From Felis catus (lineage: Eukaryota): 64,000 nt of DNA. Location: positions 30,258,001-30,322,000 of the forward strand of contig NC_058383.1 of the NCBI RefSeq assembly GCF_018350175.1, given 5' to 3'. Below are positions 52,058 through 64,000 of the stretch, in pieces. The notes under the pieces were generated by a model that searched no databases, had not been told where the DNA came from, and saw nothing but the letters and a program-made list of their open reading frames with translations. Made by a program: the position numbers and the translations under genes. The stretch's first letter is position 1, and each line of letters begins with the position of its first letter.

Positions 52058-53016
52058 AATCTTGACCAACAGTTCCCTCTCAAACAAAAGGCCCTTGGAG
52101 AAGAAAATGAATTTTCAGTGAAACAAGAAAACCCTTTCTCCATTCCCGAATAAAGACATTATTGGGTCATTAAAGCGTGGCTCTCTGTTCAGTTGCTAAT
52201 GTACTGGTCTTGACTCTGGAACACATGGCAATCACAAGGAAGAATTTTTACTTACTGCCAGATGAACAGATCGGGAAGTAAGATATTATGGAATGTGCCA
52301 TTAGGTGGCAGATAAGTAATTAGGTGACAAGCAAAATATATTATTCAGCATTTCAAAATATTTCCACTTCATCTCCCATTCATTAAAACCCACCTCCTCT
52401 CTAATGGGCCCACCAGGAATTTATATCAAGATTATTTACCAAAAAAAAAAAAAAAAAAAAAAAAGGAAAGAAAGAAGAAAAAGAAAGAGAAGAGGAAAAA
52501 GAAAAAGAAACCATCAGGATTAGTGAATTGTGATTAAGTCGTAGGATTGTTTTTAACACTTGTCTATGAGTCTGAAGAGACAGGAGAAAACAGGCTCAGA
52601 TTGTGGCTGTTCTTGCCAGCATGAAGGTGATAGTGAGGTGATGGTGTTTTCATTATTATTTCACAAAAAGGAAGAAAAAGAGGACGGAGGGGCCATGGAC
52701 AGTGCCACAAGAAGGGAAAACAGTCAAAACCATGAACAAGATGATGGTGCATCTACACAGAGGCTCCACACAATGATTTGACACCATAACTAATGGCTGG
52801 GCTTGGTAACAAATTCCCCAATCGGCAGGTTACCCGGCTTCCTTGAAGCCACCTGCATGTTTAATCAAGGGCCCCTTACGCACATCCGGCCATACAGAGG
52901 CACCAGGTGTGACAACTGGGGCTTCCCACACTCGCGGGTTATCTCCATAGAACCAGGCAGAAGGCTAGCCCCCATTTCACGCTCAGTGATTAATAGATTT
53001 AATAAGTGCAGTAAGC

Positions 53017-53182
53017 TGGATGCCCAGTTGGCTGAGTCGGTTACGCATCTGACTCTTGATTTACACTGAGGTCACGATCACAGTTCGTGAGTTCGAGCCC
53101 CACGTCAGGCTCCGCACGGTATCAGCTCAGAGCCCACTCAGAAGTCTCTCTCTTTCTCTCTAAATAAATAAACTTTAAAAAA
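53017..53182 (+). mobile_element. Short, diverged CanSINE
   Basis: gagtcggttacgcatctgactcttgat...gttcgagccccacgtcaggctc; TSD tgca(g/a)taagc. Confidence 0.85.
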
Positions 53183-53359
53183 TTGCAATAAGCAGAGTAC
53201 TTAGTGTGTTGTTGTTTTTAAAGAGCCTCAAGTGTCCTAATATTTAAAAGAAGCAGAATATATCTTTTGGTTAGTAGGTTGTTTCCCGCACCCCCCCCCC
53301 ACCCCCCACTGGAGGTATTAGCTTGATGAAGGCAGAAGAATGGAGGGAACAAGGGACAC

Positions 53360-53545
53360 AGAGAGAAGAAGAGGAGGAAGAGGAAGGTGGAGTGGGGGGA
53401 GGAGGAAGGAAGGAAGGGAGGGAGGGAGGGAGGGAGGAAGGAAGGAAGGAAGGGAGGGAGGGAGGGAGGGAGGGAGGGAGGGAGGGAGGGAGGGAGGCAG
53501 GCAGGCTGGAAGGAAGAAAAAGAGAAAGAGATCAAGAAAGGAAAG
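53360..53545. repeat. Polypurine (GGGA)n/(GGAA)n tract
   Basis: Seen directly. Confidence 0.95.
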
Positions 53546-56087
53546 TATCTTCCCTAAGACCTACCAACCACTAACAGAAGCATATGCACTTGGATTACTC
53601 CACATAATAGTTACTGTAAAACTAGAGGCGGGTCCCATTACTAGCTTCATTTAATCCACGTGGAATGGGTCAGAGAGAGAAAACCATTCGTTCAGCGGCA
53701 CGGAGTTAATGTTGCATCTTTAATTACTGCACTGTCTGTGTCTGTGTGCACACATATTCATAAAAGGATCACGTCACCTCCTAAAATGCTCCTATGGTTT
53801 TCTAGTCTCTTAGGGTAAAAGGTGACAGTCCTGCACAGCTCCGCCCATCTGTCCCCCCTTCCACCCCTCCTCCCACACCCCCCTTTCAGCCACCTGGCCT
53901 CTTTTCCATTCTCCACATTTGTCCTTTTGCTCCTACAGCAGGACCTTTGCCAATCCGGTTTCCTCATCAAGGAAGACCCCCATTCACCTGGTAAAGCCCC
54001 CTCCCTTCCTGCCTTTCACCTTCAGAGGGAGCCTTGCCTGCCGCTCCCTGACAACATCTTGGGGAGGGTCCATTCCCTCTCTCGGCACTGCATACCTCCT
54101 TCATCCATTACATCTGCCCCATTTGCAATTTCTCACCAGCCTCAGAGATTTAGTGATGAGCACAGAGCCCCTCTGTTACGCTAGAAGCATCTGAGTTCAG
54201 GACTGCTCCATCCGCCATGATAGCCCCTGCCCGGTTTATGGTGTGGCCAGTAGCTCGATAGATATTTACTATAGGGCTGAATATATATTGATGATAAATG
54301 TGAATATGAATGAGTATATTTAAGCGGCTATATTTTTAAGCACATGGGCAAGAATCAGAACCAGATTATAATGCCAGCCAGAGACCCAGTGCATCTCAGG
54401 AAAGCCCTGAGAGAACAGGGTGATTCAGGGCTGGGACGCAGAGCATAAGTTTCCACCCAGAGCGATCATCCGTCATCATTAGTTTTGGGGGGGAGGCTGG
54501 AGACTGGGCTACAAAGACTACATTACTCTCTGACTTCTGGCCCAGGCCACTCATAATTATTTCAGAAACCCAAAGCCAGGAATCTGATGAAATGTTTTGG
54601 TTTGGTTTTTGTGTTTCCCCCCCTTTAAAAAGGATGGATCAGCTGCTCGGCATTTTTCATAAATTCTTCATCCAGAGTTGCGTTTTTCCATCCACATTTC
54701 ACATTAAGGATTCTTTATGAAAATGGCTTTATAAGAGAGGAATTTAATGAGATTATGATTTTTTTTAAACTTTCTCTCTCTAATTAATACCCCAGAGAGG
54801 GACATTTTTCCTAACATAATGGCCTTCCAGTGTTAAACAGGGCTTTAATATTATGGTAAAATATGTTAACTTTCCTGGCACTATGACCCAACTGATGAAA
54901 TGAAAAGGAGTACATCTGTCTTCCCAGAGCTTCTGCCACGGCAAATGGGGTTGTTTTCGGCATTTTCATAATGAACTAATCAACTGCTTATTCACTAATT
55001 GCATCTACATTAGAAACTTATTACCCTGGAAAAGGGCTGCCCTGCAATTGACCTTCCAACTAGAGTTGGGTGCAGTGAGGGTCACGGCACCTGTAAGACA
55101 GAGAAATGGCCGAACCCCTCACAGCGTGCCTCTCTTCTCCGAAACAGGTATGAGGTCCTCCGTGGGGTCACCATAGGCGAGGAGTTGGAAACCCAGAACC
55201 TGGAAGATGCTTCCACTTTGCTAGGTAGGGTCTGTGCCTCAGTAGGCTTCCATGTAATTAATAAGGTGACAAATGACAACTACAAGGTGACCATCACTCA
55301 TTGAGCATGGTGTTAGTGCCGGGCACAACGCACATACAAATGCCAATTTCACGTCAACTCTATAGGCAGGTATTGATGCTCACTCTTACTGGTGAAGAAC
55401 CTGGGGCCCAGACAGGTGATGGGATGTGCTCAAAGCCACACAGCCAGTCAATGGCACAAGGGGATGGGAATCGTGCCCTTCTAATTTCATATCTTGGGCT
55501 CCAAGGTTCTCAGGAGATGCTGGAAAAAAAAAAAACAAAACCCAGAAACCTGGTGCTGATGAGATCCAGAGCAAACCCAAGACCACTAGCAGCTTCTAAG
55601 CTGTCAATGCTTCCGGGACAGCTTTCTCCACGGCAGCAGACCATGGCCTCTCCAAAGGCTCCCTCTTCTCTTTCATGGCGTCACATGGACAGGAGGTGCT
55701 TGGCAGTTTACCACACCTGGGCACAAAGGAAGACTATGTTTCCCAGACTCCTTTGCAGGTAAGATTAGGACCATGTGATGAAACGCTGACCAACAGAATG
55801 CTGGCAGAAGTGATGTAAGCCACTTCCAGGCCACTGCTGTGGCAACTTTAAATGCCATATGTGTGGGTGGATTGCCGCAAAACGGAAGTGGCCTGCCTGG
55901 TATGCTGCAGGGTTGTGTCAATATGAAATAAAGTTAAGCTGCTGAATTTCCAGGTTTATTCATCACTGTTGCACAGCCTAGCCTCACTTAACTAGAGCCC
56001 CTCTCAGAGAGTGACCATATGTCTCTAGGTCACCTTTCTGCATTCAATCAACAGACTTTATTAAACACCTCCTGTATGCAAGGCACC

Positions 56088-56471
56088 AGATGGTTAATTT
56101 GATGTGTCAACTAGACTGGACCCCAAGATTCCCAGACATCTGGTCAAACATTATCCTAAGTGTTTCTGTGAGGGTGTTACTAGATGAGACTAACATTTGA
56201 ATCCGTAAACTCAGTATAAAGCAGATCATCCTTCCCAGTGTAGTGAGCCTCATCCAACTGACTGAAGACCTGTAAAGGACAAAAGGCAGAGTAAGACGGA
56301 ACTTCATCTACCTGATACTTGAGCTGAGACATTTGTATGTTTCTGCCTTCAGACTCAAACAGGAAAATCAACCCTTCTTGGGTCTTGCACTTACTGGCTT
56401 TTGAACTAGAACTTCCACTAGATAGATAAGATATAGATATCTTACATATATGTGTGTGTGTGTATATATCT

Positions 56472-56522
<51 letters not shown>

Positions 56523-56560
56523 GATATATCTCCTATTGTTTTTGGTTCTCTAAAACACCT
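56088..56560 (+). mobile_element. MLT2 solo LTR with (TA)n
   Basis: atggttaatttgatgtgtcaactagactgg...tggtcaaacattat...ctcctattgtttttggttctct. Confidence 0.85.
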
Positions 56561-56714
56561 TCAAAGAATCAGGTGGGGGAAGACAGATAACAAGACAAAT
56601 GAACACACAAATTAAATAATTATAATCTCTGGTACTTCCCATGAAGGAAGTCAACAAGTGTGCTTACATAGAAATATAGGGGGGTGAGGGAAGGGCTCTC
56701 TGGGGAGATAACAT

Positions 56715-57250
56715 TGTTTTAAAGTATAGGTTTTGTTATTAGGTATGGCATGGCCAACAGATCAGGAGATCAGAAAACCCTTCACCATTGACATGATAGC
56801 TTACATACTCACAGATCCCAAGAGGACGGGACACCCCATGCCATGGCGGTGGGGGGGGGGGGGTGGGTCACAAGGGGAAGGATCAGGGTGAGTCAGGAGG
56901 CAGAGGGATGTGCAAGGGGGGGGGATATGGACAAGAGTGGTGGTTTCTATGGTCAGCAGGGGTGGGAATCGTTACTTTGAATGATTCTGGTAGGCTCTGG
57001 AACCCACAAGCCATCCTAGTTGTCCAGTACCTAAACCTGGGTGATTCAGGTGGAATAACAGTGATTGGCCTGGGGTGTCAGAACTGGATAAGAAAGGTAG
57101 CTGGGGCTCTGGGTTGGATGGTATGCATATGAAAGGCCTTACCATCTGTAGGAAGTGGCTAACCCTGGGATGGGCAGTCCCACCAGGGTCCAGCAAGACC
57201 ACAAGAGGTCAAAGCATCAAGTATAGAAATCAGAAAACACGGTCATTACA
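56715..57250 (-). mobile_element. ERVL-class solo LTR (MER73/MER74-like) within an L2
   Basis: Minus strand begins tgtaatgaccgtgttttctg, contains gggactgcccatcccagggttagcca, and ends ...tttaaaaca (TG...CA). The subfamily is tentative. Confidence 0.65.
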
Positions 57251-58959
57251 GACAGGTGAGTGAGACCTGAGTGATGGCAAGCCAACAGCCATGGAAGAGC
57301 CAGAAGTCATACTCAAAGCAGACAGAGCAGCACGGGAAATCTATGAAATTAAATAAAGAAAAGAGTGTCCAGGAACGAAGGGAGTAGGCAACTGTGCCAA
57401 ATCCTCAGAAGTAGAGTAAAATAAGAAAAGGGAAACATTCTTCTGACAACAACAAAAGTCTTGGTAGAATATTCTACCCACAACTTTCTCTGCTTCCCTA
57501 TTCCCTCCGTCATGATCTGCTCACCAGGGGCTTTTCCACTCATCGCATCCAATGACCTTTCCTTTGCCCTCATTTTGACAGCTTCTCTGCAACATTTGGG
57601 GGACATGCTGGGGACAGAGCAGTAGATAAAAGAGACAAAAAGACCTGCCCTTGTGGGGCTGACATGCTAGTGTAGGAGAAAGGCAGCACAAGGGACAAGT
57701 GTATAATGTCAGTTCCAGGGGCTATGGAGAAAGTAAAGGAAGAAAAGAGACAGGAAATGGGGAGGGAGAGGGCAAAGGGGTTTTCCTAGAAGAAGCGGCC
57801 AGGAAAGTCTTCTCCAATCCTGCCTTGTCAGCCATGCTAAAGAGCATGCCCCTGACCCCATGGCAAAGGGGATGTTCTAAGACCGTTAAGCAAGGACATA
57901 GCTGCCTTGACCATATATTTTATCAAGAGGGCTGTGAGGTGAAGGATACGTTGGCTAGTGTCACAGAGACAGAGCTGGAGGGTGCTCCGGCCAGAAGGAA
58001 CAAGCAGATCAGAAGCCCAGAAGCATGAAAGCACTGTTAGTAATCTGACAGCTGCAGTTGGGAGGAGGGCCTGGAGAAAACCCACAATCCTGGACAAGTC
58101 CCTTCATGCCTCAGGACCTGGAATGTCGCAAGGTTATGCAATGAGAGATCAGAAAACTGACAGTTGCAAGATCAAAGACAGCATATATAAAATCCCAAGC
58201 AGGTCTCCTGCTAAACAGCAGGCATTAACAAATGATCGCTATGATTACGCGAATGACTTCCCACTGAGAATTCTGTGGCTGGGGAATCATGGACTCCAGA
58301 CTCTGAGCGGCAGATAATATCTGCCATTTTCTTTTAAAGGCTATACCGAGCCCACCTTGTGGGGCCAAAGCTGTTTCTTGGGCCCAATTTAAAAGCTCCC
58401 TACTGTTTTTATAAAGATCTGTTGACATGATTTATTGGGAATTCTGTCCATTAACATTTTTAAGGGCTCAATAGGTCCCCTGACTACCCTTGCAAATTAA
58501 TCTTAATAAATTCACAGCGGAAAGCACTCTGCTTGCCTATCAACATATGATAATGTGTCCAGTCTCCTGCCCGTTATGGAAAGGGACGTTGTATGTGAAG
58601 CTGTGAACCTCCTGAAGACAGAGAAGAAAGGGCAAAGTGCCTTCTCTACTCATGTTCAGAGGACTCTCTGCCTCAGGCTCAGTTTCCCCATCCATGCAGT
58701 GGGATAGGAAATCTAACAGAAAGTTTCCTAAGCTTATGACACTTGTATGGTTTTTGCCAAATTTGCCTATTTACTACATACTTAACTAATTAAATAGTGT
58801 TTATTAAACAGTTCTTCTTAAACTCAGGTCTGATATCACTACCTTTGCTTCATTCTAAGCAGTAGCACCTATAAAATTGCAAATTCGATGTGTTAGTTAC
58901 ATTTTTCTAATAAATTACTGAAGTTACAATAAATTCAATTATGTACTCCCTGAAGTCCT

Positions 58960-59274
58960 CTTTTTTTATTATTTTTAAAATGTTTATTTCTTTGTTTTTG
59001 AGATAGAGAGAGGGTGAGCAGGTGACGGTCAGAGAGAATGAGGGAGAGAGAGAATCCCAAGCAAGCTCTGTGCTGTCAACGCAGAGCCCAACATGGGGCT
59101 CAAACTCACAAACTGTGAGATCACGATCTGAGCTGAGATGGAGATGAAACGGAAACAGGCTCCAGGCTCTGAGCCATCAGCCCAGAGCCCGACGCGGGGC
59201 TCGAACTCACGGACCGCGAGATCGCGACCTGGCTGAAGTCGGACGCTTAACCGACTGCGCCACCCAGGCGCCCC
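58960..59274 (-). mobile_element. Chimeric CanSINE: young SINEC_Fc 5' part (59150-59274) fused to an older headless SINE (about 58960-59139)
   Basis: Minus-strand junction ...gagcctgtttccg|tttcatctcc|atctcagctcagatcgtgatc... Confidence 0.88.
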
Positions 59275-59406
59275 TGACTGCCTGAATTCTTGTCCTGGTT
59301 CTCGGTGATTCAAAACATGCCATTTTAACTTCTGAGACTCAGTTGACTCATTTCAAAGACATACAGATGATAAGACTTAATAATTCAAATCTCTCTCCCT
59401 TTCTCC

Positions 59407-59407
59407 A

Positions 59408-59455
<48 letters not shown>

Positions 59456-59509
59456 GAAGAAGGGAAGGAAGGAAGGAAGGAAGGAAGGAAGGAAGGAAGG
59501 AAGGAAGGA

Positions 59510-59540
<31 letters not shown>

Positions 59541-59541
59541 C
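59407..59541. repeat. Compound GAAA/GAAAC/GGAA/GGCA microsatellite
   Basis: Seen directly. Confidence 0.95.
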
Positions 59542-59559
59542 TGAGATTTTTTTAAAAAG

Positions 59560-61575
59560 ACAGCAAATATATGAAGAGAACATTTGCAAGATGCGGAAAA
59601 CATTAAGCAGCCTATTGTATGTGGAATCTGAGTCCCTGAGGGAGAGGAGAAAGGAGGAGAAAAAACAAAAGTGTTTGAATAATCAATGGCCAAATATTTC
59701 CTAAATATTATAAAAACCAAGATGGTTAACAAATCACAACACAAGAAACATGAAGAAAACTATACTAAAGGCATATCATCACCAAATTGCTGAAAACCAA
59801 TGATATACAGAAAATCTTAAGAACAGTAGGAAAAAAGGACCCATTACATACAGAGGAATCAGACAAGAATAATGGCAGATTTCTTAGCAGGTACGATGCA
59901 CTCCAGAAGACAATCCATAGACAGAACATATTCTGGGCCATGAGATAAATCTCAACTATTTTAAAAGGATTCATATACAAAGTATATTCTGTGACCACAT
60001 GGAATTAAAATAGGAACTGGTAACAGAAAATTATCAAAATACCCAAACATTTGGTAACTAAAATACACTTTTAAATAATCTAAGAATCAAAGAAAAGATC
60101 AAAAGGAAAGGAGAATGTAATTTGAACTGAACTGAAAACAGCAAACCAAATGTGTGGGATGTAGCTAAAGTAGTATTTAGAGGATACTTTATAACATAAA
60201 TGCTCACGGTAGAAGATCTCTAATGAACGGCTTCAGTTTCTATTTTAAGAAACATTTAAGGAACAAATAATATGAATTACACAAAATATTTTCAAAAAAA
60301 ACCTGAAGAGGAGGGAATATTTTGCAACTCATTCTGTGAGGCCAGCATTACCAAACCAGACAAACACATGAAATAAAACTACAGACCAACGTCCATCAGA
60401 AACATAGCTGAAACATTTCTCACCAAATTTTAGCAAACCAAATGCAACAATACATAAAAATAAAATATTACGACCAGGTGTTAATGATCCCAGGAATCTA
60501 AGGTTAGTTTACCATTTGAAAACCAATCAATGTAATTCATAATATTAACAATATAAGAAAGAAGCCATATGATTACTTCAATGGATGCAGAAAAGTTATA
60601 TTATAAAATCCAACATCTACTAATCCTATTTCAACAGACTTGGAATAGAGGAGAATTCCCCAAATTGATAATGGACATCATATTTAATGTTGAGATACCC
60701 AAAACTTTCCCCTAAGGTCAGGAGTAAGGTGAGACTATCCATTTACACTATTTAAGTCAGGATGTTACCGGAGGTTCCAGAAAGCACAATAAAGCAAGAA
60801 AAAAATGCATTTTGGAAAGAAAAACTTAAATTTGTCTTTATTTTCAGGTAACTTCATCATCTATGTAAAAGTTCATTGGGATCTACCAAAAAACAAAACA
60901 AAACAAAACAAAACACAAGCGAACACTATTACAACTAATACATTATTCAGCAAGGTTGCAGGACATAAGATCAATATACAAAACTCAACTGTTTTTCTAC
61001 AGAATAGTAATGAACTATGAGAAATAGAATGTGAAGAAAAATATCACATAGAATTGCATAACAGTATTAAATACTTATAGATAAATCTGACAAAAGACGT
61101 GCAAGTCCTGTACACGAAAACTACAAAATCTTACTGAGAAAAAATTTAAGGGACCTAAAGGAATGGAATGGTACACTCTACTCATAGTTTGGAAGGCTCA
61201 ATGCTGTTGTCAATTGACCCAAATTGATATATAGATTCAATGCAATCCCAATCAAAATCCAAGCAGACCTGTTTGCAGAAATAACCAGCTGATTCTAAAA
61301 TTCATATGGAGGGTCCCCTGGGTGGCTTATGCAGTTAAGCATCCCACTCTTGGTGTCAGTTCAGGTCACGACCTCACTCACAAGATCAAGCCCCACGTTG
61401 GGCTCCAAGCTGAGCATGGAGCCTGCTTCAGAGTCTCTTTCTCTCTCCGCCCCTCCCCACCGTGCGCATGCTCTCTCGCTCTCTCTCAAAAAATTTAAAA
61501 ATAAAATAAAATAAAATTGATATGGAAATTCAAAAGATCTGTAATAACCGAAGCAATTTTGAAAAGTAAAATAAA
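59560..61575 (+). mobile_element. Old, deleted L1M (ORF1 end and ORF2 remnants) with a CanSINE at 61311-61512
   Basis: aactcattctgtgaggccagcattacc; atagattcaatgcaatcccaatcaaaatcc; SINE TSD aaaatt(c/g)atatgga. Confidence 0.85.
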
Positions 61576-61803
61576 GTTGGCTCAGAGATATTAAATAATT
61601 TTCCTGAGGTCAAGGGAAGATCATGCCTTTCTCCTCCCTTAAATGACACTTGGGATTTATTGCCTCTCTCCCTAGGACTTGTCCCAAACAAGGCTGCCTC
61701 TCTCCCTAGAACTTGGGACGTGTTCTAGGTAGGTACTTCCAAACACATCTTCTCATTTAACTCTTAGTATGACCCTAGAAGTTAAGCACTATTAGCTTTC
61801 TTT

Positions 61804-62321
61804 CATTTTATTTCCATTTTTATTACCATTTTTTATAGAAGTACAGTTGACACACAATGTTACATGAGTTCCAGGCATGTAACAAGCCTATCAGACGAGA
61901 CATTATGCTACGCTCACCACAAGTATCTTCACCATCTGTCACCATACAACACCAGTACAATATCATTAACTATATTCCCTATGCTTTCTCTACCTTCCAT
62001 GCCTATGACTTATGCGTTCCATAACTGGAAGCCTGTACCTCCCACTCCCCTTCACTCATTTTGCCCAATCCCTTCTGGCAACCATAAGTTTGTTCTCTGC
62101 ATTTATGAGTCTGTTTCTGCTTTTTGCTCGTTTTGTTTTTTTAGATTCCACACATAAGTGAAATCATATGGTATTTGTCTCTCTCTGACTGCTTTCACTT
62201 AACATAATACCCTCGAGGTCCATCATATTGTCACAAAAGGCAAGGTCTCATTATTTTTATGGCTGAGTAATATTCCATTATAATACACATATTATATATA
62301 TATATTATATGCGCATATAAC

Positions 62322-62355
<34 letters not shown>

Positions 62356-62616
62356 GAATGACTTCTTCTTTATCCATTCACCTATCAGTGGACACTTAGG
62401 TTGCTTCCATACCTTGGCTATTATAAATAATGCTGCACTGAACATCTGACAAACTTCAACATCTGTTCATGATAACAACTCTCAGCAAAGGGGGTTTAAA
62501 GGAAACATACTTCGACATAATGAAGGCCCTCAGCTAACACCGCACTCCGTGGTCAGAAATGGAGAGCTTTTGCTCTAGGATCAGAAGCAAGACAAGGATG
62601 TCCACTCACCACTCTC
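61804..62616 (-). mobile_element. 5'-inverted carnivore L1 inserted in a MIR
   Basis: Minus-strand 3' end runs to 62445, followed by a plus-strand ORF2 RT-region segment to about 62613. TSD agctttcttt at 61794-61803 and 62617-62626. Confidence 0.85.
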
Positions 62617-62778
62617 AGCTTTCTTTGCAGACCATGAAACTGAGACTCAGGTCAATTAAGTGAATTGTTCAAGGCCGCTCAAGTTCTGTCCACGTTCTTT
62701 TAAAACATGTTCTTTAAGAGAAGGATGTGGGCTGGTTTAGAAAACGTTTTAAATTAACACATTAAGAATTAAAGTTGA

Positions 62779-63233
62779 GGGGCACCTGGGTGGCTCAGTC
62801 GGCTAAGTGTCCAACTTCAACTCAGATCATGATCTCACTACTCATGATCTCACTACTCACTACTCATGAGAGTGAGCCCTGCCGTTGGGCTCTTTGCTGA
62901 CAACTCAGAGCCTGGGGCCTGCTTCAGATTCTGTGTCTCCTAGCTCTCTTGGCCCCTCCCCTGATCACGTTCAGGCTCTCTCTCTCAAAAATAAACTTTT
63001 TTTGGGGCGCCTGGGTGGCGCAGTCGGTTAAGCGTCCGACTTCAGCCAGGTCACGATCTCGCGGTCCGGGAGTTCGAGCCCCGCTGGGCTGATAGCTCAG
63101 AGCCTGGAGCCTGTTTCCGATTCTGTGTCTCCCTCTCTCTCTGCCCCTCCCCCGCTCATGCTCTGTCTCTCTCTGTCCCAAAAATAAATAAACGTTGAAA
63201 AAAAAAAAATAAATAAACTTTTTTTTTTTTTTA
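62779..63233 (+). mobile_element. Older CanSINE with a young SINEC_Fc (63004 to about 63210) nested in its tail
   Basis: Outer TSD aagaattaa(a/g)gttga at 62764-62778 and 63234-63248; inner TSD aaataaacttttttt. Confidence 0.94.
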
Positions 63234-64000
63234 AAGAATTAAGGTTGAGGAGAGCCATCTTTTGATACGACAACTACTCTGAGGCAATAAAACACTATCT
63301 ATTCAAAACTACTTCCTCTTCTCTTATCAGTATTTGTTTTCATGTAAATGAAGACCTTAATTTGCTTTCCAGAGCACTAGAAACTGAAGTCTTTTTCAAG
63401 CGTTCTAACATCTACTTTGCTAACATTCTCTCCTGTTTTCTCTTAGCAGAGTGATCCCATACCTACATGGTAATAGCCACCTTCTATACCAAGAGAATTA
63501 CAACAAAATCCTGTACTGTACATTGTCAAGGCCCAGGAGTGGCCTAATTACTCATTTGTTATGTATTGATTCTATCACAGAAAAGAATTTGGACAAGCCT
63601 TGAATTTGTTTTAATGGAATTTGGTGTATCATTCCAGTAATCAGTTCCATGTATTAACGTGCACTGTGATGGATGCTAATGTAAGGTATAAAGGAACATC
63701 CTGGCCTCTCGGTTTCCTTGACAGCACTATAGGAACCAGCAAATCTTATTTAATTTGTTCCTTAATGACTTCTATATCCGAACAAATAACTACTTTCGCT
63801 GTCTACCATGAAGGAATTATACTGTTCTGCACTAACTCATAAGTCTTAAAAATTCATACTTATTCCCCTTATTCTAGGTCCACCAGGAACCCAAGACTGA
63901 CACATGTATTCCACATCTCCAAGGAAAAGCTCTCTCCCACCGCCTTCCAAACACCCACTCTTCTGGCTTTTACCAAACCTTATATTACCTACTTGAGAAT

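Noticed and set aside
52693..52706. REST/RE1 site (ccatggacagtgcc)
   Set aside because: Only the right half matches and the TTCAGCA left half is absent, which is insufficient without ChIP data.
1..64000. A novel multi-gene system, or a foreign or inserted sequence
   Set aside because: No long non-repeat ORFs, repeat-spacer arrays, CpG island or compositional discontinuity were seen. The content is explained by SHISA9 introns and mammalian repeats.

Overview
Mammalian genomic DNA, almost certainly felid: it carries about 25 CanSINE/SINEC copies, including young SINEC_Fc-type ones, plus carnivore L1. The window appears to lie entirely inside a minus-strand gene I recognise as SHISA9 (CKAMP44, an AMPA-receptor auxiliary subunit). 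Only two coding exons are present. One is 156 nt (22516-22671). The other is a 48-nt exon (14807-14854) that the ORF track misses and that matches the known CKAMP44a/b alternative segment. Upstream exons lie beyond 64000 and the terminal PDZ-ligand exon lies beyond position 1. The rest is intron with SINEC, L1, L2, MIR, MaLR/ERVL LTRs, hAT and Tigger DNA transposons, microsatellites and a few repeat-free blocks that may be regulatory. Nearly all listed ORFs are spurious. I found no demonstrable new biological system. The best leads are splicing signals around the 48-nt exon, a stop-free potential exon circle, an intact-ended Tigger-type element nested in an L1, a twin-primed L1, nested and chimeric SINEs, and a fold-back inversion. 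Repeat family names come from recalled consensus sequences, not a search, and most repeat boundaries are approximate.
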